Source: an uncultured bacterium (GTDB lineage: Bacteria > Bacteroidota > Rhodothermia > Rhodothermales > UBA10348). From it: DNA of 64,000 bases. This document shows positions 1 through 9,784 of this stretch, in pieces. The DNA lies in the NCBI GenBank assembly GCA_938018055.1, contig CALIKL010000009.1, positions 10,147 through 74,146 of the forward strand. Reading direction: 5' to 3'. The number at the start of each line of letters is the position of its first letter. Positions within the stretch are counted from its first letter, which is position 1. Position numbers and translations under genes: made by a program. The notes beneath the pieces are model-generated. The model was not told the origin of the DNA and searched no databases. It saw only the letters and a list, made by a program, of their open reading frames with translations.

Positions 1-1118
1 TCCCCCGTGAGTGGGCTGGGTAGATCCTCGGATACGTCAAATACCAAACCCAGGGGAGACCGGTGCGAGGTCAGCGTGGCAAACGGCCTACCTGTATTGT
101 CGGCATCGAGAATAGCCCCACCGAGAGGATCGCGGTACAGATTCGCGTGCGGACCGAGATTCAGGATGGGATCGACAAAAACAACGCCCGCCGGAGGCGC
201 GGGATAGGTGGGGTCGTTGTAGAAATGACCGTTCTGCACGGCGTAGGACGAGGGGTTCAGCAGCAGATCGGTCGCAGGGTCGTAGCTGCCGAACTGCATC
301 GGGGTATCGGTCAGACCCATCCGCCACGGAAATCCATAGTGGCGCCCTTCTTCCAGCAGATTGATTTCCTCCTCATCGTCCCGGTCTCCGGAATTCTCGG
401 TCCCGAATAATCGACCTTGTGCATCAAAGGCGAGCGAAAAGGAATTACGCGTGCCATCAGCGAACAGATAGCCCTGTTGGGTAAGCCAATTCAGATCGTC
501 TTCCAGCACCAGATCATTACCGTCGGCCGGAATCCGAAGGATGGCAGACGTCAACGGCACCTCCCGCGCACCTGGAAATTGACCATTGTTCTCCTGCAGC
601 TCCCCGTGATCCGTACGGGATCCGCTATTGACGTACAGCCATTGCTCGTCGGGGGAAAGGACAATGGCATTCATGTTGTGGTCGAAAGGTGTAGCCGAGC
701 GAGGGTATGGAACCGTCGTTGCGACGGTCTGCCAGACGTGTCCACCCTGCCCATCAGGTACACCCCTGCGAACGATACCAATGTTATGGCCGGATCGGGT
801 CCCCGCATCGTTGCCCACCAAAAAGATGGTCCCATCCGATGCGATATCCATACCCATCAAAGGAGCCGGCACGCCGTGATCGGCACTCCGATACCGGATA
901 GTGAGTAAATGATTGGACGGATCTGGACTGACTGAAACCAGATCACCACCCAGACCAGCCAGCCACAGGTGTTCGGAGACAGGGTCGTAATCGATGCGCA
1001 CAGCATTGATTTGCGACGCCGTAGCAGAAACCGTCATACTGTCCAGCAGCAAGGTTGGCTGGGACGATGCCATGGCTGGAAGCAGGACCAGGACCGATAT
1101 CACAAAGAGGCGATGCAT
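1..1118 (-). CDS. PQQ-dependent sugar (glucose/sorbosone) dehydrogenase-like protein, 3' end cut by window edge
   Basis: Absent from the ORF track because its stop lies outside the window. Hand translation of the minus strand from ATG at 1118 gives MHRLFVISVLVLLPAMASSQ (signal peptide) and stays open to base 1. It contains ADGTRNSFSLAFDAQGRLFGTENSGDRDDEEEINLLEEGRHYGFPW, which matches the GSDH-family RN..G and G.nYGWP signatures. Confidence 0.7.
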   Translation of the reverse strand, partial: MHRLFVISVLVLLPAMASSQPTLLLDSMTVSATASQINAVRIDYDPVSEHLWLAGLGGDLVSVSPDPSNHLLTIRYRSADHGVPAPLMGMDIASDGTIFLVGNDAGTRSGHNIGIVRRGVPDGQGGHVWQTVATTVPYPRSATPFDHNMNAIVLSPDEQWLYVNSGSRTDHGELQENNGQFPGAREVPLTSAILRIPADGNDLVLEDDLNWLTQQGYLFADGTRNSFSLAFDAQGRLFGTENSGDRDDEEEINLLEEGRHYGFPWRMGLTDTPMQFGSYDPATDLLLNPSSYAVQNGHFYNDPTYPAPPAGVVFVDPILNLGPHANLYRDPLGGAILDADNTGRPFATLTSHRSPLGLVFDVSEDLPSPLTG

Positions 1119-1248
1119 ACAATCCGGAATTGGAATACAAAAAAAGCGAAGACCAACCTACCCCGGTTTTCCTCCTTGTTCAAGGCCCTTCGACAATTCC
1201 AGCAGCTATATTCCAGTCATCCCATGACCGAGAGCCACCTCTATTTCC

Positions 1249-2163
1249 ATGTTCCGATTCGTCCCAGTCACAGCTATCATCGTTGTTATTGCAGGCTGCG
1301 CCGGCGAACCAGATACCCCTTCGCATTGGAGTGCGGAAGGGGCCAACACGACGCCAGACTCCGCCTACGGCGTCGTCTTCTTCGATGATTTTAATGCAGG
1401 CGAAATCGATCGCACGAAATGGAACGTGGTCGGCCCGAATCTGTGGGTCAACAACGAGCAGCAGATTTACCAGGACACGACGTGGACCGTGGTATTGAAG
1501 GACAGCACAGATGGCGCTGGCGACGGCGTCCTCGCGCTGACTGCCCGCTGGGCGGAGGGAACGACGTCCCCACGCGGGCGAACCGCTGATTTCGTATCCG
1601 GGCGGATCAACTCGCGGGACAAATTCGACTTCATGTACGGTCGGGCCGAAGCGCGTCTACGCATGCCCGACGCGATAGGCATGTGGCCTGCTTTCTGGCT
1701 GCTCGGTTACGGGCGCTGGCCCGGTTCGGGAGAGATCGACATCATGGAATACGTGGGCGAAAAGGATTGGACCGCCGTAGCCGTCCACGGACCCGGTTAC
1801 TCAGGGGACCAAGCGCCTGTAGACAACTCATATTTCCCTGAAGGCCAAGATGCCACAGGCTGGCACGTCTATGCTGTGGATTGGACCCACAATGAAATGA
1901 CGTTTTACGTTGACGATCGGTTGATCTACCGCATCGGAAGACCCCTCGTGACCTTCTTTGGGGATTGGCGATTCGACAACCGCAAATTCCTCATCCTGAA
2001 TACGGCCATCGGCGGGGCCTATCCGTTCAAGATCAACGGCGTCACCGAGCCGTATTTTGGGTTGCCCGCCGGCACCGCAGAGAAGATCCAGGAAGGTGGG
2101 CTGGCCATGGAAGTGGACTGGGTCCGCGTGACGCGCGACCCGGACCGCCACGCCGGGGGTTGA
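1249..2163 (+). CDS. Glycoside hydrolase family 16 beta-glucanase (laminarinase-like) lipoprotein
   Basis: The N-terminus MFRFVPVTAIIVVIAGC is a lipoprotein signal. The GH16 catalytic motif E-I-D-I-M-E is present (GSGEIDIMEYVG). WPAFWLLG and the final MEVDWVRV strand are typical of GH16. Confidence 0.9.
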   Translation: MFRFVPVTAIIVVIAGCAGEPDTPSHWSAEGANTTPDSAYGVVFFDDFNAGEIDRTKWNVVGPNLWVNNEQQIYQDTTWTVVLKDSTDGAGDGVLALTARWAEGTTSPRGRTADFVSGRINSRDKFDFMYGRAEARLRMPDAIGMWPAFWLLGYGRWPGSGEIDIMEYVGEKDWTAVAVHGPGYSGDQAPVDNSYFPEGQDATGWHVYAVDWTHNEMTFYVDDRLIYRIGRPLVTFFGDWRFDNRKFLILNTAIGGAYPFKINGVTEPYFGLPAGTAEKIQEGGLAMEVDWVRVTRDPDRHAGG

Positions 2164-2214
2164 CGCAACTGAGAAACGCCGGCAATCCCTGGCACGAAGA
2201 TCAGCGGCGTTCGC

Positions 2215-2562
2215 TCAGTCTGTTTTTCCTTTATCACGATGCTGACGCACGCCGCGTGCAATCCACATCGCAGCAACGCCAGCGGCCGAACCGAGCAAAG
2301 CTACCAGGCCCCACAGATTACCCGGGCCGTCACTGCGGAAGACAAACCCCAGCAGCAGGATACCTACGCAGAGGAGTCCGACGAACACCAGTGCGCCCAG
2401 GCGTGATTGATTGGCTGGTACTGGCTGCCATCCGAGATAAACGCCCTGAAGCACAACCAGCACCAGGAACGTGTAAAATCCGCCTACAACGGGCAGATAC
2501 AGGAACGCACTCACGAAGACGGCAGCAAGACCGTTCGTTACCATCCATTGTCGGTCATCCAT
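2215..2562 (-). CDS. Small integral membrane protein, function unknown
   Basis: 115-aa ORF with three or four hydrophobic helices (LAAVFVSAFLYLPVVGGFYTFLVLVVL, ALVFVGLLCVGILLLGFVF, LVALLGSAAGVAAMWIA). It is convergent with the GH16 gene. No recognisable family. Confidence 0.5.
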   Translation of the reverse strand: MDDRQWMVTNGLAAVFVSAFLYLPVVGGFYTFLVLVVLQGVYLGWQPVPANQSRLGALVFVGLLCVGILLLGFVFRSDGPGNLWGLVALLGSAAGVAAMWIARGVRQHRDKGKTD

Positions 2563-2612
2563 GATCTCTCTCGTTGGGTCAGTTGGGGCGCCAGCGTAAC
2601 AGAGCTTGGAGC

Positions 2613-3614
2613 TCAGTCGTCCGAGAATGCCGCATCAAAAGCCACATTCGAGGGCTCGAAATCAATACTTTTCACGAACTCGCAGGCTTCTGCCGCTCCA
2701 TGCTCGCGATCCATTCCAATGTCCTCCCATTCTACTGAAAGCGGGCCGTTATAGCCTACACGGTTGAGGGCGCGGATGATTTCTTCGAAATCAATACTGC
2801 CACGGCCCAGCGAGCGGAAATCCCAGTGACGACGCTGGTCGCCAAATTCAGTGTGACCCCCAAATATTCCCGCTTCGGTTGCTTTATCGGACCACCAGAC
2901 ATCCTTCATGTGAGCATGGAAGATGCGATCTCCAAACTTCAGGATGAAGGCCACATAATCGACACCTTGGTACCCAAAGTGGCTTGGGTCAAAGTTGAAG
3001 CCGAACGATGGACGTTGACCGATCGCTTCGAGCGTTCGCTCGGCAGACGCAATGTCGAAGGCGATCTCAGCCGGGTGAACCTCCAGAGCAAAACGCACAC
3101 CCACCTCATCAAAAACATCCATGATCGGATTCCAACGCGTTGCGAAATCAGTAAAGCCTGCATTGATCATGGATGGGGGAATCGGGGGAAATCCGTAGAG
3201 CAGGTGCCAGATGGACGATCCTGTGAAACCGTTCACCACGGAAATACCCAATTTGGCCGCTGCACGTGCCGTATCCATCATTTCCTTGGCGGCACGCTGT
3301 CGAACACCCTCCGGTTGGCCATCGCCCCAGACATGGTCTGGCAAAATGGCTTTGTGGCGATCGTCAATGAGGTCGCAGATAGCCTGGCCCACCAGGTGCG
3401 TGGAAATGGACCATACTTTCAGACCGTATTTGGCCAGCACGTCGTGACGGCCCTGGCAATAATCCTCCTCGTTCAGGGCGCGCTGTACATCGAAATGATC
3501 GCCCCAACAGGCCAATTCCAGCCCGTCATATCCCCAGGATGCTGCCTTGGCAGCCAAGGTTTCCAACGGAAGATCGGCCCACTGGCCAGTGAACAAAGTT
3601 ACAGGACGCGACAT
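2613..3614 (-). CDS. Sugar phosphate isomerase/epimerase (xylose isomerase-like TIM barrel)
   Basis: 333-aa ORF with motifs [28 protein letters not shown] and [12 protein letters not shown], typical of the AP_endonuc_2/xylose isomerase-like TIM barrel family. Confidence 0.85.
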   Translation of the reverse strand: MSRPVTLFTGQWADLPLETLAAKAASWGYDGLELACWGDHFDVQRALNEEDYCQGRHDVLAKYGLKVWSISTHLVGQAICDLIDDRHKAILPDHVWGDGQPEGVRQRAAKEMMDTARAAAKLGISVVNGFTGSSIWHLLYGFPPIPPSMINAGFTDFATRWNPIMDVFDEVGVRFALEVHPAEIAFDIASAERTLEAIGQRPSFGFNFDPSHFGYQGVDYVAFILKFGDRIFHAHMKDVWWSDKATEAGIFGGHTEFGDQRRHWDFRSLGRGSIDFEEIIRALNRVGYNGPLSVEWEDIGMDREHGAAEACEFVKSIDFEPSNVAFDAAFSDD

Positions 3615-3724
3615 GGCAGACGAGGAGTAGGTGGTAAGTGCTGTGCGGCTTCATCCGCAGGACTCAGGATACAAACTGGCCAGGATTCTGAAAGGCCGAG
3701 ATGGTGCATTTGTGCGCTCTTCCA

Positions 3725-4891
3725 TCATCCGGGTGGCCTATAGGACGCATCGACCCAAGCGCGCTTGGTACTGCTTTCAATCGCCGTATGGATGAAGTGA
3801 ACTCCGCGGGCACCGTCCTGAACCGTCGGGTAATCAGGGTTTTCCGCCGTTTGACCAGCATCGACAGCGCGGATGGCGCGACCCGCTTCCCGGTAGATAT
3901 TGGCAAATGCCTCAATAAAACCCTCCGGGTGACCGGAAGGCAGACGCTGGCTGGACTGAACCGAATCAGCCAGATACCCATTCCCATTCTTGTAGATGCG
4001 TTCGGGGCCATTCTGCGACCGAACCCACAGCCAGGTAGGAAATTCCTGCTTCCATTCAAGGCCAGCCTCGGATCCGTATACACGGATTGTGAGGTCGTTC
4101 TCTTCTCCTTGAGAGATCTGGGAGCAGTACAGGATTCCCCGGGCACCACCTTTGTAGTGGATGAGAACCGATGCGTCGTCCTCAAGGGCACGCCCCTCCA
4201 CGACCGTACCCAGATCTGCAAACATTTCGTCCATTTCCAGTCCGGTGACATACTGAACCAGATTCTCGCAGTGGGTCCCTATATCTCCCAAGGCAGATGA
4301 GACCCCTGCTTTCTGCGGATCGGACCGCCAGCTCGCCTGCTTCTGTCCCGTGGCCTCCAGCAGCGTGGAGAGCCAGCCCTGCGGATACTCCACTACCACC
4401 TTTCTTACCGTCCCAAGCTCGCCCGATTGCACGAGATGACGTGCCTGCTTGACCATGGGGTATCCGGTGTAGTTGTGCGTCAGGGCAAAGACGCGCCCTG
4501 TCCGGGAAACCGTTTCACAGAGATCTTCAGCCTCCTCAACGGTCATGGTCATGGGTTTGTCACATACCACATGGAAGCCGGCTTCAAGAGCTGCTTTTGC
4601 CACGGGGTGATGCAGGAAATTGGGCGTCACGATGCTTACAAAATCAATGCGATCCTCTGTCCTGGCCGCCTCTTGTTCCAACATCTCCTTCCAGGACCCG
4701 TAAACCCGGGTCATGTCCAGGTACAGTTCCTCTCCTGCTTGTCGGGACTTTTCGTCGGAACTGGAAAATGCGCCCGCAACCAATTCCATTTCGCCATCCA
4801 GTTCGGCAGCCATACGGTGTACGGCTCCGATAAAAGCGCCGGGACCGCCCCCGACCATGGCATAGCGTAATTTGCGGTTGTTCGAATCCAT
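3725..4891 (-). CDS. Gfo/Idh/MocA family NAD(P)-dependent oxidoreductase
   Basis: N-terminal Rossmann motif RYAMVGGGPGAFIGAVHR, then VSIVTPNFLHHPVAKAALEAGFHVVCDKP (the EKP-like motif). It sits directly upstream of the TIM-barrel isomerase on the same strand. Confidence 0.9.
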   Translation of the reverse strand: MDSNNRKLRYAMVGGGPGAFIGAVHRMAAELDGEMELVAGAFSSSDEKSRQAGEELYLDMTRVYGSWKEMLEQEAARTEDRIDFVSIVTPNFLHHPVAKAALEAGFHVVCDKPMTMTVEEAEDLCETVSRTGRVFALTHNYTGYPMVKQARHLVQSGELGTVRKVVVEYPQGWLSTLLEATGQKQASWRSDPQKAGVSSALGDIGTHCENLVQYVTGLEMDEMFADLGTVVEGRALEDDASVLIHYKGGARGILYCSQISQGEENDLTIRVYGSEAGLEWKQEFPTWLWVRSQNGPERIYKNGNGYLADSVQSSQRLPSGHPEGFIEAFANIYREAGRAIRAVDAGQTAENPDYPTVQDGARGVHFIHTAIESSTKRAWVDASYRPPG

Positions 4892-5006
4892 GATTTCGGC
4901 AGTTGAAGAATTAGTGATGCGGGTTTGTTAACCTTGCGGTAAAGTGATGGAGACGCCCTATTCCTATTTTTCTGGGTAGTCCCGGAACGCATCGACCCCC
5001 TGTCCC

Positions 5007-5720
<714 letters not shown>

Positions 5721-5777
5721 TCCGAATACGCTCGTAGCGCTGTTCGATTCCGTCCTGATTGACCCCCATCCCACCGC

Positions 5778-6884
5778 ATGCCTGATTCTCCTTCGAATCC
5801 GGAAATCGGCAAACTCCTCGACACGTCGAAATCTCCGCTAGGTCATCGTCTCGCCCTGAAGATCGGGTTGTCGGCGGCGGGGGGTACGGCCGTGGTCTGC
5901 CTCTTCCTGACTGTTTTTTGGGAGCAGTGGACCGCATGGATCTCACTGATTGCGATCGCTTTGGCCGCTCTGGGAGGATATATCGCGACGTTTCACCACG
6001 CTTCATCTCGACTGGAACTCGCCCGCAAGATCCTTAAGAACCTCCGCCGGCATGAATTTGACACGCTCGATCTGGCTCAGGTAGATCATGGGGACGAACT
6101 CAACGATATCATCCGCCAGGTGTATCGGACCGGTCGCGTGCTGGAGCGCGAATTTTCGGAGCTGAAAAAGATGGAAACCTATCGCAAGGATTTCCTGGGC
6201 AATATCTCGCATGAGCTGAAAACACCCATCTTTTCCATTCGAGGGTTTGCCGAAACCCTCAAGAATGGCGCCCTCGAAGACCCGGCGGTCAACCAGTCTT
6301 TTGTCGAGAAAATCATCCGCAATGCAGACCGGTTGAGCAATTTGGCCACCGACCTCTCAGAGATCGCGCGTCTCGAGACAGGGAATCTTGAAATGGAAAT
6401 GTCGGCCTTCAGTATGAGGCGCTTGGTCAACGACGTGGTAGAATCGGTCGAGCCGCAAGCTCTTGAGAAGTCCATTTCCATAAGGACCTCTTTCGAAAGT
6501 AAGCTCCCACCGGTCTATGGCGACTCGAGTCAGATACGGCAAGTTGTAGTCAACCTCGTGGACAACGCAATCAAATATTCGAATGAGGGTGGCAAGGTGA
6601 CGGTCCGCCTTCGAAGCCGACGCAAGCGAGAAATCGTCGAGTTCAGTGTTCGGGATCAAGGTGTGGGGGTAGCCAAAGAGGACCTGGCCCGCTTGACCGA
6701 GCGTTTTTTCCGAGTAGATAAAAGTCGATCCCGTTCGGCAGGAGGAACGGGCCTCGGCCTCTCCATCGTGAAGCATATCTTGGCAGCGCATAACCAGGAG
6801 CTGTTCTTGTCCAGTGCGCTTGGCAAAGGGTCGACGTTTACCTTCCGTCTGGCCGTCGCCCCCGTTGACGAAGCGCAAACGTAG
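5778..6884 (+). CDS. Sensor histidine kinase (PhoR-like HisKA + HATPase_c)
   Basis: Two N-terminal TM helices. H-box FLGNISHELKTPIFSIRGFAETL, N-box VDNAIKYS and G-boxes DQGVGV and GGTGLGLSIVKHI. It starts 57 nt after the response regulator. Confidence 0.9.
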   Translation: MPDSPSNPEIGKLLDTSKSPLGHRLALKIGLSAAGGTAVVCLFLTVFWEQWTAWISLIAIALAALGGYIATFHHASSRLELARKILKNLRRHEFDTLDLAQVDHGDELNDIIRQVYRTGRVLEREFSELKKMETYRKDFLGNISHELKTPIFSIRGFAETLKNGALEDPAVNQSFVEKIIRNADRLSNLATDLSEIARLETGNLEMEMSAFSMRRLVNDVVESVEPQALEKSISIRTSFESKLPPVYGDSSQIRQVVVNLVDNAIKYSNEGGKVTVRLRSRRKREIVEFSVRDQGVGVAKEDLARLTERFFRVDKSRSRSAGGTGLGLSIVKHILAAHNQELFLSSALGKGSTFTFRLAVAPVDEAQT

Positions 6885-6959
6885 GACTGACCTCACCCAC
6901 GGGTTGGAATGTGCTTGGCCTTGCAGGACGGCTCCCCATCGCTCCCAGAATCAAGAATC

Positions 6960-7706
6960 ATGAGAAAAGCCTATCAGCTGACGCGTCCGCAGAAGTTGTT
7001 CGTCGTTTGTACGGCCATCTTCCTGACAGCACTTGTGATTGCCGAGGCCACGGCCAGCAAGTTCTTTACAGCATTCCATCTTCCTTTTACCATCACCATC
7101 CTCGGGATGGAGTTCAATGAAGTGGTAATGACGGCCGGGGTTTTGGCCTTCCCTGTCACCTTCATCATCACGGACCTCCTGAATGAGTATTTCGGCAAAC
7201 CCGGCATCCGGTTCGTGACCTATGTCGGAATGGTGATGATCATGTTCGAGTTCGGACTGTTGCAACTCGCAATGGCGGTTCCGACATCTGATATCTCACC
7301 GGTCCCACAGGTAGCGTTCGATACGGTCTTCGGGGCAACGGGACGTGTCATCATCGGTAGCCTCACGGCTTATGTGATCGGACAGTTGGTTGACATCACC
7401 CTTTTTCATTGGCTACGTGGACTGACCAAAGGCAAACACCTTTGGCTCCGCGCAACGGGTTCAACCTTTGGGTCACAGTTCATCGACACATTTGTGGTCC
7501 TGACGGTTGCTTTCTGGGGTCAGCTCGCGTGGGCGGAGATCATTGCCATCACACTGTTCAACTACTCCTACAAGTTCATCATCGCCGTCGTGATCACCCC
7601 TGTGATCTACGGGGCGCATTGGGTGATGGACCGGTATCTGGGTGAGGAGTTGGCAGAAGAACTCATCCATGCGGCTGAAGAGGGCGAGTCCGAGGCTCCC
7701 ATTTAG
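6960..7706 (+). CDS. Queuosine-precursor transporter, YhhQ/DUF165 (VUT) family
   Basis: Polytopic membrane protein with VMTAGVLAFPVTFIITDLLNEYFG, LRATGSTFGSQFIDTFVVL and YKFIIAVVITPVIY, matching the YhhQ family. The start was moved to ATG 6960 (MRKAYQL); the longest ORF begins at 6909. Confidence 0.8.
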   Translation: MRKAYQLTRPQKLFVVCTAIFLTALVIAEATASKFFTAFHLPFTITILGMEFNEVVMTAGVLAFPVTFIITDLLNEYFGKPGIRFVTYVGMVMIMFEFGLLQLAMAVPTSDISPVPQVAFDTVFGATGRVIIGSLTAYVIGQLVDITLFHWLRGLTKGKHLWLRATGSTFGSQFIDTFVVLTVAFWGQLAWAEIIAITLFNYSYKFIIAVVITPVIYGAHWVMDRYLGEELAEELIHAAEEGESEAPI

Positions 7707-7906
7707 ACTGCCCTGATCCAGCGTCAGAGGGTCACGAAGAATGACCTGCCCGACTCCGGTTTTCGAGGTACGGGATTGTTAGTTTGCGGGGCCGTTTCGC
7801 AGCGGCTGTTTTTCTTCGTGCAGGGCCTCTCTGATGGAATGGTCTGCATGCGAAATACGTCCAACCCCGGACACTCATCGATTCCTATCCTCCGTCCTCC
7901 ATTTTC

Positions 7907-9781
7907 ATGGCATTCGCCCTCAAGGCAATCCTGCGACCTGTTGGCCTGATCCTGGCCCTTGGCGTCGTATTCACGACACAGGCTTTCGCTCAGCCCGTCA
8001 CCCAGCCATTTACGTTCAATATCTCCTCGCATGATTTGCCAGCCATCCACCATGGATCCGCGAATTGGGGAGATTTCGATGCAGATGGAGATCTGGATCT
8101 GCTGTTGTCGGGGTCCCATGGCGAGGAAATCTCGACCAACCTGTTCCTCAACCGAGGCCACAACGGAGAGCAGCATCGTTTTGACGCATTGACCGGACCG
8201 TTCCACCAGGTACTCTATTCCGCCTCTTCATTCGCCGACGTGGATGGGGATGGTGATCTCGACGTACTGGTAACCGGTTCAACTTCCCGTGATTGGCCGT
8301 ACACGGCCTCGACCCGCCTCTACAGGCTGCAGTCAGGCGGCCCGGTCGAATACCTTGAGGGGCATGGTATTCCGGATATGCACTCTACGGCCATGGCTTG
8401 GGGTGACCTGGATCAGGACGGAGACATTGACCTGGTCATGGTCGGCGTCACCTCGGATGATGTACCCACAACGGTAGTCGCCTACAATAACGGGAACGGC
8501 ACATTCGACTCGCACACGGACGTGCTGACCGGCATCGGATACGGTGATGTCGCCATCGGTGATATTGACGGTGATCTGGATCTGGATATGGTGCTCTCTG
8601 GTGCTTCTGACAACGGGTTCCTTACCCAGATACTGCGCAATGACGGTGGCTCCTTTTCTGCCATCAGCGGTAGCTTTCCGCCCGTAGCATTCTCATCGGT
8701 TGACCTTGGCGACTACGATGGTGACGGAGACCTTGACCTGGTCGTGTCCGGCGGAGAAGTATCTGAGCTGATTTTCGAAGGAAGCCTGCAAATTTGGGAC
8801 AACATCGGTGGCTCGTTCACGCCGTCAAGCCATAGCATGAATGGCATACTGGCTGGAGATGTCACGTGGGGTGATTACGATCACGATGGGGACCTTGATT
8901 TGCTTGTCTATGGAGCAGAGGCCGCTATTGGTCGGCGCAGTGCGCGCTTGTTTCGCAACGATGCCGATGATGGCTTCGTGGCAGCCTCCCTTCTGGTGGG
9001 CGGCGTTTTTGCCGATGCAGAGTTCGGCGACTTCGATGGCGACGGAGACCTTGACCTGATCACAACGGGCAGCTCCAGTCTCGGTCCATCGATGACCAAT
9101 ATCTACGAGAACTATCGTCAGGTCATACCAGAATTGCCAGGCGCGCCATCAGCGCTCGTGGCCAGCGTCTCCGATCGCGAGGCCACGCTCTCCTGGCAAG
9201 CACCTGTTGGTACAGATGGACTGATCCTGACCACCTACAACGTACGCGTCGGTACGCAGCCTGGTGGGTCCGATATCGTCTCTGCCATGGCAGATCCGCA
9301 AAGCGGACGACGATTCATTACCGGCCCGGGAAATGCCTCCGTAGGGGAAGCCGTCATGCTTTCGGATCTACAGGATGGCACCTATTACTGGAGCGTTCAG
9401 TCGGTCAACAATGCGTTCCTGGCCTCGGAATTTGCAGTCGAAGGAAGCTTCACGGTCAAAGGAAGCCTGTCCGTCGATGTTGATGCGGAAGACACCCTTC
9501 CTCGGCGATTTGCCATCTACGGAAACTACCCCAACCCGTTTACTTCCCAGACTACCGTACGCTACGACCTGCCTGAAGCCGCTTCCGTCCGGTTCCGTGT
9601 TTATTCGTTGCTGGGTCAGGAAGTCCATTCAGCCACGCTGGGTACCCAGCCGCCCGGAGAGCACCAAGTGCAGTGGGATGGGCGCTCCAATGGTGGATCC
9701 CAGCTGGGATCCGGAATCTATTTCTATGAAATCCGGGCGGGCGGTTCGTCGGCCTCCGGCACCATGACGCTGGTACGCTGA
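7907..9781 (+). CDS. Secreted FG-GAP/VCBS-repeat protein with Fn3-like module and T9SS C-terminal sorting domain
   Basis: Signal peptide MAFALKAILRPVGLILALGVVFTTQAFAQP. At least eight repeats of the form G-D-[FWLVIY]-D-x-D-G-D-L-D-L. An Fn3-like segment (EATLSWQAPVG). The C-terminus FAIYGNYPNPFTSQTTVRYDL...GIYFYEIRAGG...MTLVR matches the type-A T9SS CTD. Confidence 0.85.
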   Translation: MAFALKAILRPVGLILALGVVFTTQAFAQPVTQPFTFNISSHDLPAIHHGSANWGDFDADGDLDLLLSGSHGEEISTNLFLNRGHNGEQHRFDALTGPFHQVLYSASSFADVDGDGDLDVLVTGSTSRDWPYTASTRLYRLQSGGPVEYLEGHGIPDMHSTAMAWGDLDQDGDIDLVMVGVTSDDVPTTVVAYNNGNGTFDSHTDVLTGIGYGDVAIGDIDGDLDLDMVLSGASDNGFLTQILRNDGGSFSAISGSFPPVAFSSVDLGDYDGDGDLDLVVSGGEVSELIFEGSLQIWDNIGGSFTPSSHSMNGILAGDVTWGDYDHDGDLDLLVYGAEAAIGRRSARLFRNDADDGFVAASLLVGGVFADAEFGDFDGDGDLDLITTGSSSLGPSMTNIYENYRQVIPELPGAPSALVASVSDREATLSWQAPVGTDGLILTTYNVRVGTQPGGSDIVSAMADPQSGRRFITGPGNASVGEAVMLSDLQDGTYYWSVQSVNNAFLASEFAVEGSFTVKGSLSVDVDAEDTLPRRFAIYGNYPNPFTSQTTVRYDLPEAASVRFRVYSLLGQEVHSATLGTQPPGEHQVQWDGRSNGGSQLGSGIYFYEIRAGGSSASGTMTLVR

Positions 9782-9784
9782 TCC

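Noticed and set aside
2826-3743. 305-aa plus-strand ORF
   Set aside because: It is antisense to the TIM-barrel isomerase gene. Its translation has low-complexity character and no start context.
6885-6959. Possible preQ1 riboswitch upstream of the YhhQ-type queuosine-precursor transporter
   Set aside because: No preQ1-I type core and no A-rich tail (CCCUAnAAAAAACUA-like) are present on the plus strand.
7724-8206. 160-aa minus-strand ORF overlapping the 5' end of the first FG-GAP gene
   Set aside because: It overlaps a gene with a good signal peptide and repeat structure. It has no motifs and spans an intergenic region.
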